Source: a virus
Strand: one strand, 5' to 3'
Length of the DNA stretch: 64,000 nt
IMG/VR virus record: IMGVR_UViG_3300028287_000410
Coordinates: 32,001-96,000 of that record
The notes under the pieces are model-generated. The model was given only the letters and a program-made list of their open reading frames with translations, made no database searches and was not told the origin of the DNA. Made by a program: the position numbers and the translations under genes. The stretch's first letter is position 1. Each line of letters begins with the position of its first letter. Shown piece by piece: positions 30,301 to 39,226 of the stretch.

Positions 30301-31022
30301 TCTCTGACTAATTCTGTCTTTGGATTTTCTTTCTGCCAGACTACAACTTTTTGATTTTCTTTATCAAGTCCAAATGCAAATGAATAGTCAAAGTCAAATG
30401 TATCAAAAATCTCTGTATTTGGATGCACTAGATAATAAAAATCAGTACGTGCTTCTTTACGACACAATTCATGCACATCGATATTAGTATCTCCGCGAAC
30501 TAAGTTTATACCTGGAAAACGTTCTTTTAATTTTTCAAAGTTTGCTTTTCCATAATCTTTCTCCCAATAAAAGATATCATACGTTTCTGTAGTCGGCTTG
30601 TATTCTACTTTATCAGTAGTATGCTCTTTAAAGTCGCCAGTCAAGTAATATGCATCTTGGATATACTGAACTTCTTTATTCTTTACGTCACTTGTTTTGA
30701 ATAGCTTGACACCAACAACTGAACGAAAGACATTGCGCTCATCTGCATTCCAAACATGTACTACATCCTCGTCCCAGCTATCGGTTTGAAAATCGAAATC
30801 GAAATCTTCATCGACATATACATCTGGATCAATAATCCAGAAGTGTTTTGTGTTTGTAATAGAGGCAATTTTACTAATTGCTTTATCAATCTTTGGATCA
30901 CTCCAATCCTCTAGATTGATTTTAACCATGCGAAAGTTAGGATATTTTTCACGTATCCTATCTAAACGTTCATTAGTTTCTCTATCTGATTTGTAAGTTA
31001 GATAAAAACCGTCGTATGCCAT
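27363..31022 (-). CDS. Multi-module glycosyltransferase-like (GT-A) protein
   Basis: About 10 repeats of (F/Y)W.(D/H).D....FDF...D....H.(W/F); last module YVIDADA, GYGGLKLF, AFREC. Confidence 0.7.
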   Translation of the reverse strand: MAYDGFYLTYKSDRETNERLDRIREKYPNFRMVKINLEDWSDPKIDKAISKIASITNTKHFWIIDPDVYVDEDFDFDFQTDSWDEDVVHVWNADERNVFRSVVGVKLFKTSDVKNKEVQYIQDAYYLTGDFKEHTTDKVEYKPTTETYDIFYWEKDYGKANFEKLKERFPGINLVRGDTNIDVHELCRKEARTDFYYLVHPNTEIFDTFDFDYSFAFGLDKENQKVVVWQKENPKTELVREYHGVGLFPKDGPMFKEREYAIFNFRRKAVYEKDPVARDLEFPVIRTTDMHNLNHSVDADMYWLIHEDVEDFITEFYPFSYDREFIHNFQVKTANGKTVRNGIRLVPKHADTDKQKDVQDVIGKLKETLIVQASTLKSGLNNLKTYPFVIVDLAVQLVENFDFYPDLYDLASAHIFEKGVVFVASEYDKYNLKFHDIVAAKVPDYDIFFWDRGFGQQNLIELRSRFSRIQEVSVDTMVELHEYAQANSAYSYYYVITSDTTVTDFNFDYEFEFSMTEEGRQQIVVWQKTDWEDNALEYHGVGLFRKDYDLFEERKYQRFDFRRKALYQETTAIKPERYDVAIVNDLLDLNTIKNCDTEMVWMVHTDVSDAITDYIPPLYDRTYIHNFDVELSSGKTVRNGVRLVPYNADLDKQKDVDQVVGKLTSPERIEARTVEEAVTLATSNIFWMVNPDLQLTDTTIDDFYPDLYDTGPTHIWKFTSRKGVELGHGGLALSNVDYHPENVIYHDEVVARIPDKHNIKKYYTRDPYKAYTQAKKHVFYWVVDTVVELVDEFDFDYYPDIHSIENVFAFKSEGEADAGVYLVHRPHLEQFNPSEDDFSFDRFKNIIRVDQVASRVTGHPAFYFDEGMYSENTAKFTEHKNIDVIDASDLAAAYQKAAKMTKTGYFWALDNDVEMIDDFDRTFYVDRHHKSHFHLWPKESPYTGYIHQFGGLKLIPASAIKELKPDADKLRKMNFKNKKPVKKAKAATRDIPYDVIMLSYQEKLADEHYAKLLERVPHAKRVHGVKGIFNAHQAAANLADTRMFYVIDADALLLEEFNFEYFPSVWDEDTVHTWKSKNPVNDLIYGYGGLKLFPTQLLRDAKDWRIDFTTSISEKFKPMPTPANYTAFNTDPFNTWKSAFRECTKLASSIIHRNKQDEDDERLEAWCTKGVDREFGTYAIAGANAGRAWGTKHADNDEMLGKINDFEWLAEKFEEQNNE

Positions 31023-31049
31023 ACTTACCCTATAGTTGCAATTTCTTAC

Positions 31050-31078
31050 ATTATAACAGATTAATCGTCCGTTGTAAA
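31050..31078 (-). promoter_or_regulatory. sigma70-type promoter for 27363..31022
   Basis: Minus strand TTTACA-17-TATAAT. Confidence 0.6.
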
Positions 31079-32593
31079 GACTTTAATTCCATAATGCTTC
31101 GAAAAATCTTCTGCATCTTTAATGTCATTGACAATAGGTTGACCTTTAATGTTCAACGATGTATTTACTAAGATTGGACAACCAGTCTTTTCTTTGAACT
31201 TAGTTAGCAGTTCGTATAACCCCGGATGTGTTTCTTTGTTTACTGTCTGTACACGTGACGTACCGTCTTTGTGTATGATAGCAGGAAACTGTTCTGGATA
31301 CTTGCACTTGGCAACAAACTGCATGTAAGGACTTGCAGTGATATTCTCTGGCATATCAAAGTAATCATGTACGTCTTCTTCTAGTATCATAGGAGCAAAC
31401 GGTCTGAACTTCTGTCTACGTTTGATTTCATTCATTCTGTCTTTGATAGTGTCGCCACGAGGATCAGCAGTTAAAGTACGATTGCCTAATGCTCTTGGTC
31501 CAAACTCCGCACGTCCATTAGCAATGCCAATGATATCTCCGTTTAGCAATGCTTCTAATGATTTCTCTACTGGATACGTACCTTCAATGTTATGACCTAG
31601 ATATGCAGTCTCCCAGTTAATACGTTCTTTAAAGAACATCTGTGATGCACCAATACAACTACCAGCATCACCAGGGTTTGGCATGATCCATACATTATCA
31701 TAGTTGTGAGTGATGTTGCTGTTAGCACTACAATTAAGTGCGCAACCGCCCATAATAACCAAGTTCTTACTATCTACTTTTTCTTTAGCATCCTCAATAA
31801 TAGCAGCAAGCATTTGCTCATATACGTATTGTGTAGCTGCCGCTAAGTCAAACATATCTTGCTCAGTAGTTAGTTCTGACAAGAACCATTTACAACCACG
31901 GTGTAAGTTCTTTTGAAAATTCACTAAGATATAATATTCTAAATTACTATTGTTTAAAATGATTTTAAATTCATCGTATATATGTGCGATTAATGACTTG
32001 CCATTAACACGTCTGTGTAAGTCGCCATAGGCTGCCATACCCATAAGGATATATTCGTCCTCTTGTGGCTTTAGACCTAGACGTTGTGTCATTGCACTAT
32101 AGAATAATCCAACTGAGTTTGGGTAACCTTGACTATATTTTTGTGTTAAATTGTCGCCTTTACCTTCCCATATTGTTAATGTCTCATATTCGCCCATACT
32201 GTCAATAACAACAACTGCCGCATCATCAAATCCACTAGTAAAGTATCCACTTGCGGCATGCGTGTAGTGATGCTTTTGATATTTAATTTTGATGCCATCT
32301 AATTCTGGAAACTTCTTTAGATAGTTTACTGGCAATTCATCTAAATCAAATGCAAGTGTATACTGACCAGCAGTAAATTGTCTAAACTTCTTTAGAATAG
32401 GCTTTTCATACCAAGCAATAACATCTGGCTTACCATACGACAAAGCCTCCTGAATAATTTCTTCATTCAGTAGTGGATCATTTTTAATCTTAGAATAGCG
32501 TTCACTATGACTGGCGAAAAGAATTTCACCATCTTTAATAACGCTAACTGCCGCGTCATGATTCAGCGCGCCAGATATACCCAGTACAATCAT
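31061..32593 (-). CDS. Carbamoyltransferase (NodU/CmcH/TobZ family)
   Basis: NHDAA, SERYSKIKND, HHYTHAAS, GGCALNC, NPGDAG, EFGPRALGNR, FRPFAP, NTSLN. Confidence 0.95.
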   Translation of the reverse strand: MIVLGISGALNHDAAVSVIKDGEILFASHSERYSKIKNDPLLNEEIIQEALSYGKPDVIAWYEKPILKKFRQFTAGQYTLAFDLDELPVNYLKKFPELDGIKIKYQKHHYTHAASGYFTSGFDDAAVVVIDSMGEYETLTIWEGKGDNLTQKYSQGYPNSVGLFYSAMTQRLGLKPQEDEYILMGMAAYGDLHRRVNGKSLIAHIYDEFKIILNNSNLEYYILVNFQKNLHRGCKWFLSELTTEQDMFDLAAATQYVYEQMLAAIIEDAKEKVDSKNLVIMGGCALNCSANSNITHNYDNVWIMPNPGDAGSCIGASQMFFKERINWETAYLGHNIEGTYPVEKSLEALLNGDIIGIANGRAEFGPRALGNRTLTADPRGDTIKDRMNEIKRRQKFRPFAPMILEEDVHDYFDMPENITASPYMQFVAKCKYPEQFPAIIHKDGTSRVQTVNKETHPGLYELLTKFKEKTGCPILVNTSLNIKGQPIVNDIKDAEDFSKHYGIKVFTTDD

Positions 32594-32600
32594 TTAATTC

Positions 32601-32714
32601 TCACTTATATATAAACGGATCACGTTTACGTAATTCTTCTAAACGCTTTTTCAGTTCTTTGCGTCTTTTATACTCTGACCAAGGCCAAGTAATAACTTCC
32701 CAAATCTTTCTCAT
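32601..32714 (-). CDS. 37-aa carbamoyltransferase-associated micropeptide (below ORF-track cutoff)
   Basis: MRKIWEVITWPWSEYKRRKELKKRLEELRKRDPFIYK; TAATG-coupled to upstream gene; PFIY end resembles DUF5989-type peptides. Confidence 0.75.
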   Translation of the reverse strand: MRKIWEVITWPWSEYKRRKELKKRLEELRKRDPFIYK

Positions 32715-33445
32715 TATCCTTCTCCGTTTCTTGTTTTTTCAATGTCTTCAAATAGAATTGTAGACCAGTCTTCGTGTGCATCCTCATCTGGATGCATATA
32801 ACGCTCATCACCTTCTTGTTTAAAATACATTTGGTTCTCATGCATATATGTAAAGAAAGTCTGTTGTTCATAGATATGTGACATATCTAACTGTGTAAGA
32901 ACATTACCCATATCAGCTTGTTCACATAATTCAGTAAACTTAGTTGCCTCTAATAGATTGGGAGTCAAGTTCAATGAATTAAAAATAATATACTCTAAAC
33001 CAGCATTCTTAAAGAAATTCTGTAGTGTAAGAATATGAATTAAGTACTGATGGAAATCATATACTGGTGACCAGAAATGTTTCATGTACAGTGTGTTAAA
33101 CAAATCGATATCTCTGTTTGTTTGTTCGTCCAGCATAATATTACCGTGATACTCATGTGCAGGTACATTATGAATTAATGTATTTGTTGCTTCGATAAAG
33201 TGTTCACGTCTACTTGGTGCAGTCATACCAATTGCGCAAAACGGCTTCTTACCTTCTGTTAGTAAGTCGCTTACTGTTGTAATAGTATTACGCACAATGT
33301 ATTGATTGCTAACTCCGCGTTGTGCCTCTGAGATCGTATCACTACGTTCAAAGCCTAGCTTCTCTGCTAGTTCAAAAGGCCATGCTTTATCTTTTAGTGC
33401 AAGTCCAGTCCCGTATGTAAAGCTACATCCATTTGCATATAACAT
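32714..33445 (-). CDS. SGNH/GDSL-like protein
   Basis: ANGCSFTYG, GVSN, HPDEDAHEDW. Confidence 0.75.
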   Translation of the reverse strand: MLYANGCSFTYGTGLALKDKAWPFELAEKLGFERSDTISEAQRGVSNQYIVRNTITTVSDLLTEGKKPFCAIGMTAPSRREHFIEATNTLIHNVPAHEYHGNIMLDEQTNRDIDLFNTLYMKHFWSPVYDFHQYLIHILTLQNFFKNAGLEYIIFNSLNLTPNLLEATKFTELCEQADMGNVLTQLDMSHIYEQQTFFTYMHENQMYFKQEGDERYMHPDEDAHEDWSTILFEDIEKTRNGEG

Positions 33446-33465
33446 ATTATTATTCCTCTAATTTA

Positions 33466-34071
33466 CTACTTCTCATTATACTCGAAACAACCCAACAATG
33501 CAAGTCTTTGTTTTGTACCGATGTTTTCTACTTTGTGTTCCCAATTACTATTAAGATACCAGACTTCGCCAGGTTGCATTAATTGCTTGACCACTCCGTT
33601 CTTTGTCTTCATATGCATAATTTGTTCACCATCGATAACTACAGAAAATCTGTCTTTACCGGGTTGGTCAATATGATATGTTAAATCGTCATCCTTTTGA
33701 ATTGTTGCATATCGTAATCTACATATTGCAGAATTTAACATATACGCAAGTTCTTCATATACTGGATTAAATTCCTCCCGTAATTGAATATAATTACTTT
33801 CAGTATTCTCATCGCTTGGCAACTTGTACTGAATATCATACTGGTTATAATTAACAACATCCCTGTCATCAACAGTGTTGACTTCTATAGGAAGTTGTGT
33901 TAATCTTAGTTGTTTTGCAGTATCCAGTGACGGTGGTGTGTTTTTGAACTCTTTTCGTAATAGCTCAAGTGCTGATTCAGTTACGTTTCCATAATATCTA
34001 AATAATGGATATTTCAATCTCTTTTTCACTATCATTTTTTGACTGCTATAATTTTGTATAATATTATTCAT
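33466..34071 (-). CDS. Asp/Asn beta-hydroxylase-like 2OG-Fe(II) oxygenase
   Basis: RLRYA, YHIDQ, GEVWYLNSNWEHKVEN, RLAL. Confidence 0.7.
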   Translation of the reverse strand: MNNIIQNYSSQKMIVKKRLKYPLFRYYGNVTESALELLRKEFKNTPPSLDTAKQLRLTQLPIEVNTVDDRDVVNYNQYDIQYKLPSDENTESNYIQLREEFNPVYEELAYMLNSAICRLRYATIQKDDDLTYHIDQPGKDRFSVVIDGEQIMHMKTKNGVVKQLMQPGEVWYLNSNWEHKVENIGTKQRLALLGCFEYNEK

Positions 34072-34092
34072 ATGTTCCTCATTAACTGCTAA

Positions 34093-34108
34093 GATAAATA
34101 TATTTATG
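34093..34108. promoter_or_regulatory. Palindromic pair of late-type promoters between divergent operons
   Basis: GATAAATA(+) abutting CATAAATA(-), perfect palindrome ATAAATATATTTAT; second GATAAATA at 34183-34190. Confidence 0.5.
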
Positions 34109-34237
34109 CAATAAAAAATTATTACAAACAGTTTCCCAAAGAGGAAATATGTTTATTATGGCAGATCATTGAAATATTTTAAGATAAATAGAAGAGCTAA
34201 GAAATAATTAATTATTTCATGAAAGTAGGAATTACAA

Positions 34238-35158
34238 GTGAACACAAAAATATTAAACTATTATGAAGTTCTTCCTGAGGAAAATACATTTGTTGACATT
34301 ATGGCAGACATAACTCATAAATGCAACATGACATGTAAGAACTGTTATATACCTAACCGCGATGTCCCAGACATGGATTTAGAAAAATTTAAAGATTTCA
34401 TGTCACGGATTGCCGGTAGATGTATGATTAGAATTGTTGGAGCAGAACCAACAATGAATCCGCTGTGTGAAGAGTACATTAAAGCAGTTTTTGAGAATGG
34501 CCATAGATGTATTCTTCTGACAAACGGTTTAAGGTTATCACATAAAAATTACGTAAGTAAATTACACAATGCTGGACTAAGACATATATACCTAAGTCTT
34601 AACGGAGTTGATAATGATGATTGGTACGAGTCTATAGATGAAATGCGATGTGCTGATAAAAAAATAAAAGCATTACAAAATATCCGTGAGCGTAAATTTA
34701 TATTAGATACGGGAACTATCATTGTTCCGAATGTGAATGAAGATGCGCCCGGTGCGTTATTAGAATTGTTTGACAGAGAAAATATTAATAATGCTCTCAT
34801 GCGAATTAAGAATGTTGGTCAATTAGGTAGATTTCAAACAGAAGCCGACGATAATGTAAAAATGGATCAACTAGTTAAACTATGTTCAGAACAAATGAAC
34901 ATCAGCGAAGACTATATAAATAGTTTTAGAAATAAAAAATTATATGGTATATATGAAGAAAAGAACTCTATACTATTTCCGTTACGTGAGGGTAACAAAA
35001 TATTAAACAGAGGCAGATGGGTTAAGATTACAAATTGGGATACAGACAACGAAATCGGTATACCAGATCCTAACTCGCCAAGGCGTGGGCGCATTACAAA
35101 AGATTTTATGCTTGCACCAACATACGAACACATTAAATTAAACGAAGGTGGATACTAA
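34238..35158 (+). CDS. Radical SAM protein (no auxiliary cluster domain)
   Basis: CNMTCKNC, GAEPT, LTNG, LSLNG. Confidence 0.9.
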   Translation: MNTKILNYYEVLPEENTFVDIMADITHKCNMTCKNCYIPNRDVPDMDLEKFKDFMSRIAGRCMIRIVGAEPTMNPLCEEYIKAVFENGHRCILLTNGLRLSHKNYVSKLHNAGLRHIYLSLNGVDNDDWYESIDEMRCADKKIKALQNIRERKFILDTGTIIVPNVNEDAPGALLELFDRENINNALMRIKNVGQLGRFQTEADDNVKMDQLVKLCSEQMNISEDYINSFRNKKLYGIYEEKNSILFPLREGNKILNRGRWVKITNWDTDNEIGIPDPNSPRRGRITKDFMLAPTYEHIKLNEGGY

Positions 35159-35160
35159 AA

Positions 35161-35397
35161 ATGAGTAAGACTAGAGAAACACTTAAAAAAATTGCTATGG
35201 ACAGGGTCGATATCGAATTGACAGATGAAATTATTAATTCCGGTACTTCCTTTAAGGATCTAGGGATAGATTCTTTGGATTCTATTGAAATTATTGTTTC
35301 AATAGAGGATGAATTAGATATTGAATTATCAGATGAAACGCTAGACGCTGTAACTAATATCAAAGAATTAGCAGACTATTTGTCAGAATTTGACTGA
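35161..35397 (+). CDS. acpP: Acyl carrier protein
   Basis: DLGIDSLD phosphopantetheine Ser motif; 78 aa, acidic. Confidence 0.93.
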   Translation: MSKTRETLKKIAMDRVDIELTDEIINSGTSFKDLGIDSLDSIEIIVSIEDELDIELSDETLDAVTNIKELADYLSEFD

Positions 35398-36398
35398 TGT
35401 TATTACCGTTAATTGACGGTATAGAAGTTGATTTAAATGATGATTTAGATTTATATTTTTTCCATGAATACGTACAATGGAAAAACTATAGCTTCAATCG
35501 TGTAGACAAAAAAGGCATACGAGAAAAAATTAATCTTTCAGCATTCCAAAAGGTATATATGCAAAGAGCAAATACCGGTGGATGGAATTTCGCAGAAGAA
35601 GACGTATATAAGTTTGATGAGGTGCGTTTTGAATTGCCGAATGAATGCAAGACAATATGTATCAGCAAAAAAGACAATGATTACGAAACACTTATAATAC
35701 AACTTGCAAGTTTAAGTGGGCATGGCAGTAGATTAACACAGCCGTTTAGCAGTACATCCGAAAGCATTTACAACACGAATGCAGATATTATTGTAGTGAA
35801 CGAAGACCCTCTTCGCTTTCCAGAGTTTTTATACCCTTCGTGTTATATACTAGGGTGCAGTGAACGATTACACTCTATGAAATTAATGGCAGATGATGTT
35901 AGAAGAATTATCACCGAAAAGGGAAAGCAATATAAGAAAATTGTAGTATATAGTGACAGTAAACATGCTGGGTCTGGATTGAGTTTTGCAATTGAACTAA
36001 GTGATATTGTTACTCATTGTTTTACAGTACACGGAACAAACACGCATGATTTTAATGAAAGCCCTATTGTCAAAGATTATCTAGAAAATTACAAGACAGG
36101 TTGGCATACAAGTCCTGCACAATGGATGCACATTGTAAAATGCTATCAATATAAAAATCGCTTCGAAATACCAGATCATATATTGAATCCATTAAAGCAT
36201 ATCAAAAATTATAATATAAAAGTTGATTACTACCATGGCAAGTACGATGATGAATATAGGCCATTTTTGAAATACGCACAGGAATTAGATACAGGAATAA
36301 GTTATCATGAAGTTGACTATAGAACAAAATACGAAACTCATAATATTAGAAATCATATAGATAGAAAAATTTTACCCGGATATATCAATGAAATTTGA
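35397..36398 (+). CDS. Putative alpha/beta-hydrolase-fold protein
   Basis: VVYSDSKHAG nucleophile-elbow-like, YHGKYD, THN. Confidence 0.5.
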   Translation: MLLPLIDGIEVDLNDDLDLYFFHEYVQWKNYSFNRVDKKGIREKINLSAFQKVYMQRANTGGWNFAEEDVYKFDEVRFELPNECKTICISKKDNDYETLIIQLASLSGHGSRLTQPFSSTSESIYNTNADIIVVNEDPLRFPEFLYPSCYILGCSERLHSMKLMADDVRRIITEKGKQYKKIVVYSDSKHAGSGLSFAIELSDIVTHCFTVHGTNTHDFNESPIVKDYLENYKTGWHTSPAQWMHIVKCYQYKNRFEIPDHILNPLKHIKNYNIKVDYYHGKYDDEYRPFLKYAQELDTGISYHEVDYRTKYETHNIRNHIDRKILPGYINEI

Positions 36399-37410
36399 AT
36401 TTTACAATCAATTATGGGACTTTGACGATGATGTAGAGCTATACTTTCTACATGAAAAAATACTCCAATACACATATTCCACCATCAAAAATGACAGTAA
36501 TAAGAAAATTGATAGGTTCTCACGAATATATAAGACTGATTTTATTAATGTATTAGAACAACGTGCAGAAACAGGCACTATAGAGTTTGCTAGACCATTG
36601 GTACAAAGCTACAACGATGAGTTATTTGAGAATGTATCAGATGATTATACAATGTGTTGGAAGCGAACTAACATAGAACACGACACATTGATTATTCATT
36701 TGACAAGTTTTGCAGGACACGAAGGTCGATTGTCTTCCCCTCTCACAAATGTAAGTGAAAAGATTATTAATTTAGACACAGATTTATTGATTGTAAATGA
36801 AGATCCATTCAGAATGCCAGAAATTCTATACCCAAGTAATATGGTACTTGGTGTAAGTAATAAATGTGATAGCATAAAATCAACATGTAACCAGATTAGA
36901 AAATATATTAATAAAGAATACAAACATGTTATTCTCTACGCAGATAGTAAACATGCTGGATCTGTTGTTAGCATCGCATCAGAATTGCAAGATTTAAATA
37001 TTCGTGTGTTGACAACAGGTGGACAATCTACATATAACTGGGAAACATCTCCATGGGTTAAAGGTTATCTGAAATGGTTTAATAGACCCGAATATCTAAA
37101 ACATCAATATATGCCTATCACAGGAGTTGTACTTATGCATATTGTAAAGTGTTATAAATTCAAACAAATGAATATAGACAAGCGTATAACAGACCCATAC
37201 AAGTTCTTAAATGATTATGATATACCGGTTGATTTCTTATATGGGAAATACGACATAGATTATGTAGGATTTAAAAACTATGTAGAAAGATTGAAAATAA
37301 ACAACTTGACCATGCACGAAATTGATTACAAGATTTCTAGTTCGCAAACACATAACATTCGACCATATGTTGATAGGTTTGTACTAAAAGATTACATAGA
37401 AAACTTATAA
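36388..37410 (+). CDS. Putative alpha/beta-hydrolase-fold protein (paralog of 35397..36398)
   Basis: Shares VNEDP.R.PE.LYPS, Y.DSKHAGS, MHIVKCY, GKYD, THNIR. Confidence 0.5.
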   Translation: MKFEFYNQLWDFDDDVELYFLHEKILQYTYSTIKNDSNKKIDRFSRIYKTDFINVLEQRAETGTIEFARPLVQSYNDELFENVSDDYTMCWKRTNIEHDTLIIHLTSFAGHEGRLSSPLTNVSEKIINLDTDLLIVNEDPFRMPEILYPSNMVLGVSNKCDSIKSTCNQIRKYINKEYKHVILYADSKHAGSVVSIASELQDLNIRVLTTGGQSTYNWETSPWVKGYLKWFNRPEYLKHQYMPITGVVLMHIVKCYKFKQMNIDKRITDPYKFLNDYDIPVDFLYGKYDIDYVGFKNYVERLKINNLTMHEIDYKISSSQTHNIRPYVDRFVLKDYIENL

Positions 37411-38349
37411 GTCACTTAACTGTGGAAATATTAATCTTCTTGCTATTAACTCATTAATATCTTTACCATTATGGGCCGAGATTCCGACAAAAAATGAGAA
37501 GGGATCATCCAATTTCTGAAATTTCAGAAAATCTTTTAAATCTTTAGGTACGCTTCTAATGTCTCTGCCTTTTAAATTATTTAATATGTCAATAAGATTA
37601 CGGTTGCTATTAACAAGTTCATCACGTTCAGCAAGAAATTCTTTTTCTACAACGCTTTTTAATTTATGTCTACCAGACCATAAGTCAAACTCACACAATC
37701 TGTCTTTGAATACATTTCGTAGTGTATTTTTATATTTTACAGATTGTAACTTTTGTATGTCACCGAATAACATTTCTGTTTTATAAAATTTACTAAACCC
37801 ATGGTCGAAGTCATTTGGTGGTATAACGTATTCAATCATATTCGTTATAGGGTTAGTAAAACTAAATCTCCCAACAGTTGGCCACAATACGATTACTTTT
37901 AAAGGTAAACGTTCTCTTGTTGCTAACCACATTGCATTGTGAAATACCGCATCGGGTCCGCATCCGCCAACTCCCCAGTTTATTACCTGCCTACCAGTTA
38001 ATTTACTCAAGTATTCGCCTATCGTATGTTCATACTCTATGCCAACTCCTTGAACGTGAGAACACCCTAGTATCACAATCTTATCTGAAAAATCATAATC
38101 ATCTGTCATATCATATTGATTGTTTTCAATGCTAGGGACCCGCATCCCTATATTATTAAAAGAATAATCGATAGGATCAGTTTTAAATCTCCAGTTTTTA
38201 AAAAGTCCTGTATATTTAGGATTATCAAGGTTCGCTTTATATCCTTCTATTGTGTCGCTTCCATTAAATGGTTCGGATATTGGATGCCAGTCTTTTGGAT
38301 CCAGGCTTCTAAAGTTACTGTAAAATACGCTGTTATCAAGTTGGGTCAT
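37405..38349 (-). CDS. SGNH-like protein
   Basis: YSFNNIGMR, LGCSHVQGVG, NWGVGGCG, AHNG; start corrected to ATG 38349. Confidence 0.7.
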   Translation of the reverse strand: MTQLDNSVFYSNFRSLDPKDWHPISEPFNGSDTIEGYKANLDNPKYTGLFKNWRFKTDPIDYSFNNIGMRVPSIENNQYDMTDDYDFSDKIVILGCSHVQGVGIEYEHTIGEYLSKLTGRQVINWGVGGCGPDAVFHNAMWLATRERLPLKVIVLWPTVGRFSFTNPITNMIEYVIPPNDFDHGFSKFYKTEMLFGDIQKLQSVKYKNTLRNVFKDRLCEFDLWSGRHKLKSVVEKEFLAERDELVNSNRNLIDILNNLKGRDIRSVPKDLKDFLKFQKLDDPFSFFVGISAHNGKDINELIARRLIFPQLSDL

Positions 38350-38373
38350 ATGAATATTTATGTTCATTATTTT

Positions 38374-38415
38374 CTTGACAAATCTGCGAATCATGCTATA
38401 TTAATTAAGTAATCA
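38374..38415 (+). repeat. 42-bp early-promoter repeat, copy 1
   Basis: CTTGACAAATCTGCGAATCATGCTATATTAATTAAGTAATCA, identical to 41713-41754. Confidence 0.95.
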
Positions 38416-38432
38416 GAGAGAAAGAGAATCAT

Positions 38433-38672
38433 ATGTTTAGAATCCCTAGTTTTTATAAAGACACTGTAGACTTCACAACTGCTTGGAACACAATCACAAA
38501 CTTTGGTCGTGGCGATGCACTTGAAGGTATGAATGCTATGAACCGTGTTTGGGAAGAGCATTGCGCATCAGGTGATGAAGATGATACATTTTTTGACAAC
38601 TACGAATACGAAGCGAATGCTTACAACGTAGTGTTCGAAAACATGGGTAAACTATTTGGAGAAGCAGCGTAA
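38433..38672 (+). CDS. Small early hypothetical protein
   Basis: First ORF after promoter repeat, purine-rich leader. Confidence 0.8.
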   Translation: MFRIPSFYKDTVDFTTAWNTITNFGRGDALEGMNAMNRVWEEHCASGDEDDTFFDNYEYEANAYNVVFENMGKLFGEAA

Positions 38673-38674
38673 TA

Positions 38675-38875
38675 ATGTGGGAACTTAGAACAACATTCAG
38701 TGAACCAAATCCCTTGAGGCCCGGCGATGGCCTCGAGCAAAGTGGTTTGCTGGTTGAAACTCTATGTGAAGCATTGTCTTGGTGGGAGTGTAGAACACGT
38801 ATAGGTTGTCACGTTAGAAGAACTCACGTCATGCTTGATCCCAATGGAAGAGTAGCGAAAATAAAATTTGATTAA
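38675..38875 (+). CDS. Small hypothetical protein
   Basis: Starts 2 nt after upstream stop. Confidence 0.55.
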   Translation: MWELRTTFSEPNPLRPGDGLEQSGLLVETLCEALSWWECRTRIGCHVRRTHVMLDPNGRVAKIKFD

Positions 38876-38962
38876 GGAACGTCCGATGAAAGAATTTATG
38901 AACAACCAGCACGGCTTGTTTCGACAAGGAAAGAAAGCTGGTATTCCAGTCTATGAGGCGAA

Positions 38963-39112
38963 ATGAAAACTCCCAGAAAAGTAAACGATTTTCCGCAAAA
39001 AGGAAATCACATTGGAGATTTGATTCTCCTACCATCTGGTCAAGTTTATCGGTGGTGTGAATTTAAGCGTTGGCAACGTTGGCTCATCGCCGAACAAAAA
39101 GGAATCAAATGA
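38963..39112 (+). CDS. 49-aa hypothetical protein (not in ORF track)
   Basis: MKTPRKVNDFPQKGNHIGDLILLPSGQVYRW...; ATGA-coupled to a 26-aa ORF 38886..38966. Confidence 0.5.
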   Translation: MKTPRKVNDFPQKGNHIGDLILLPSGQVYRWCEFKRWQRWLIAEQKGIK

Positions 39113-39167
39113 TGTATATGGCGGAGATGCAATATACGATAATTTACATGTTTACTTCAAATAGAGG

Positions 39168-39196
39168 TTGACATTCATAACGAATCAGTATATAAA
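39168..39196 (+). promoter_or_regulatory. sigma70-type early promoter with CGAATCA in the spacer
   Basis: TTGACA 39168-39173, CGAATCA 39181-39187, TATAAA after 17 bp. Confidence 0.75.
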
Positions 39197-39226
39197 GAAT
39201 GTATAAGTTAGAGAGAAGGACTAAAA

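Noticed and set aside
32668-32871. 67-aa minus-strand ORF in the track
   Set aside because: Out-of-frame overlap with 32714..33445; the coupled 32601..32714 ORF fits better
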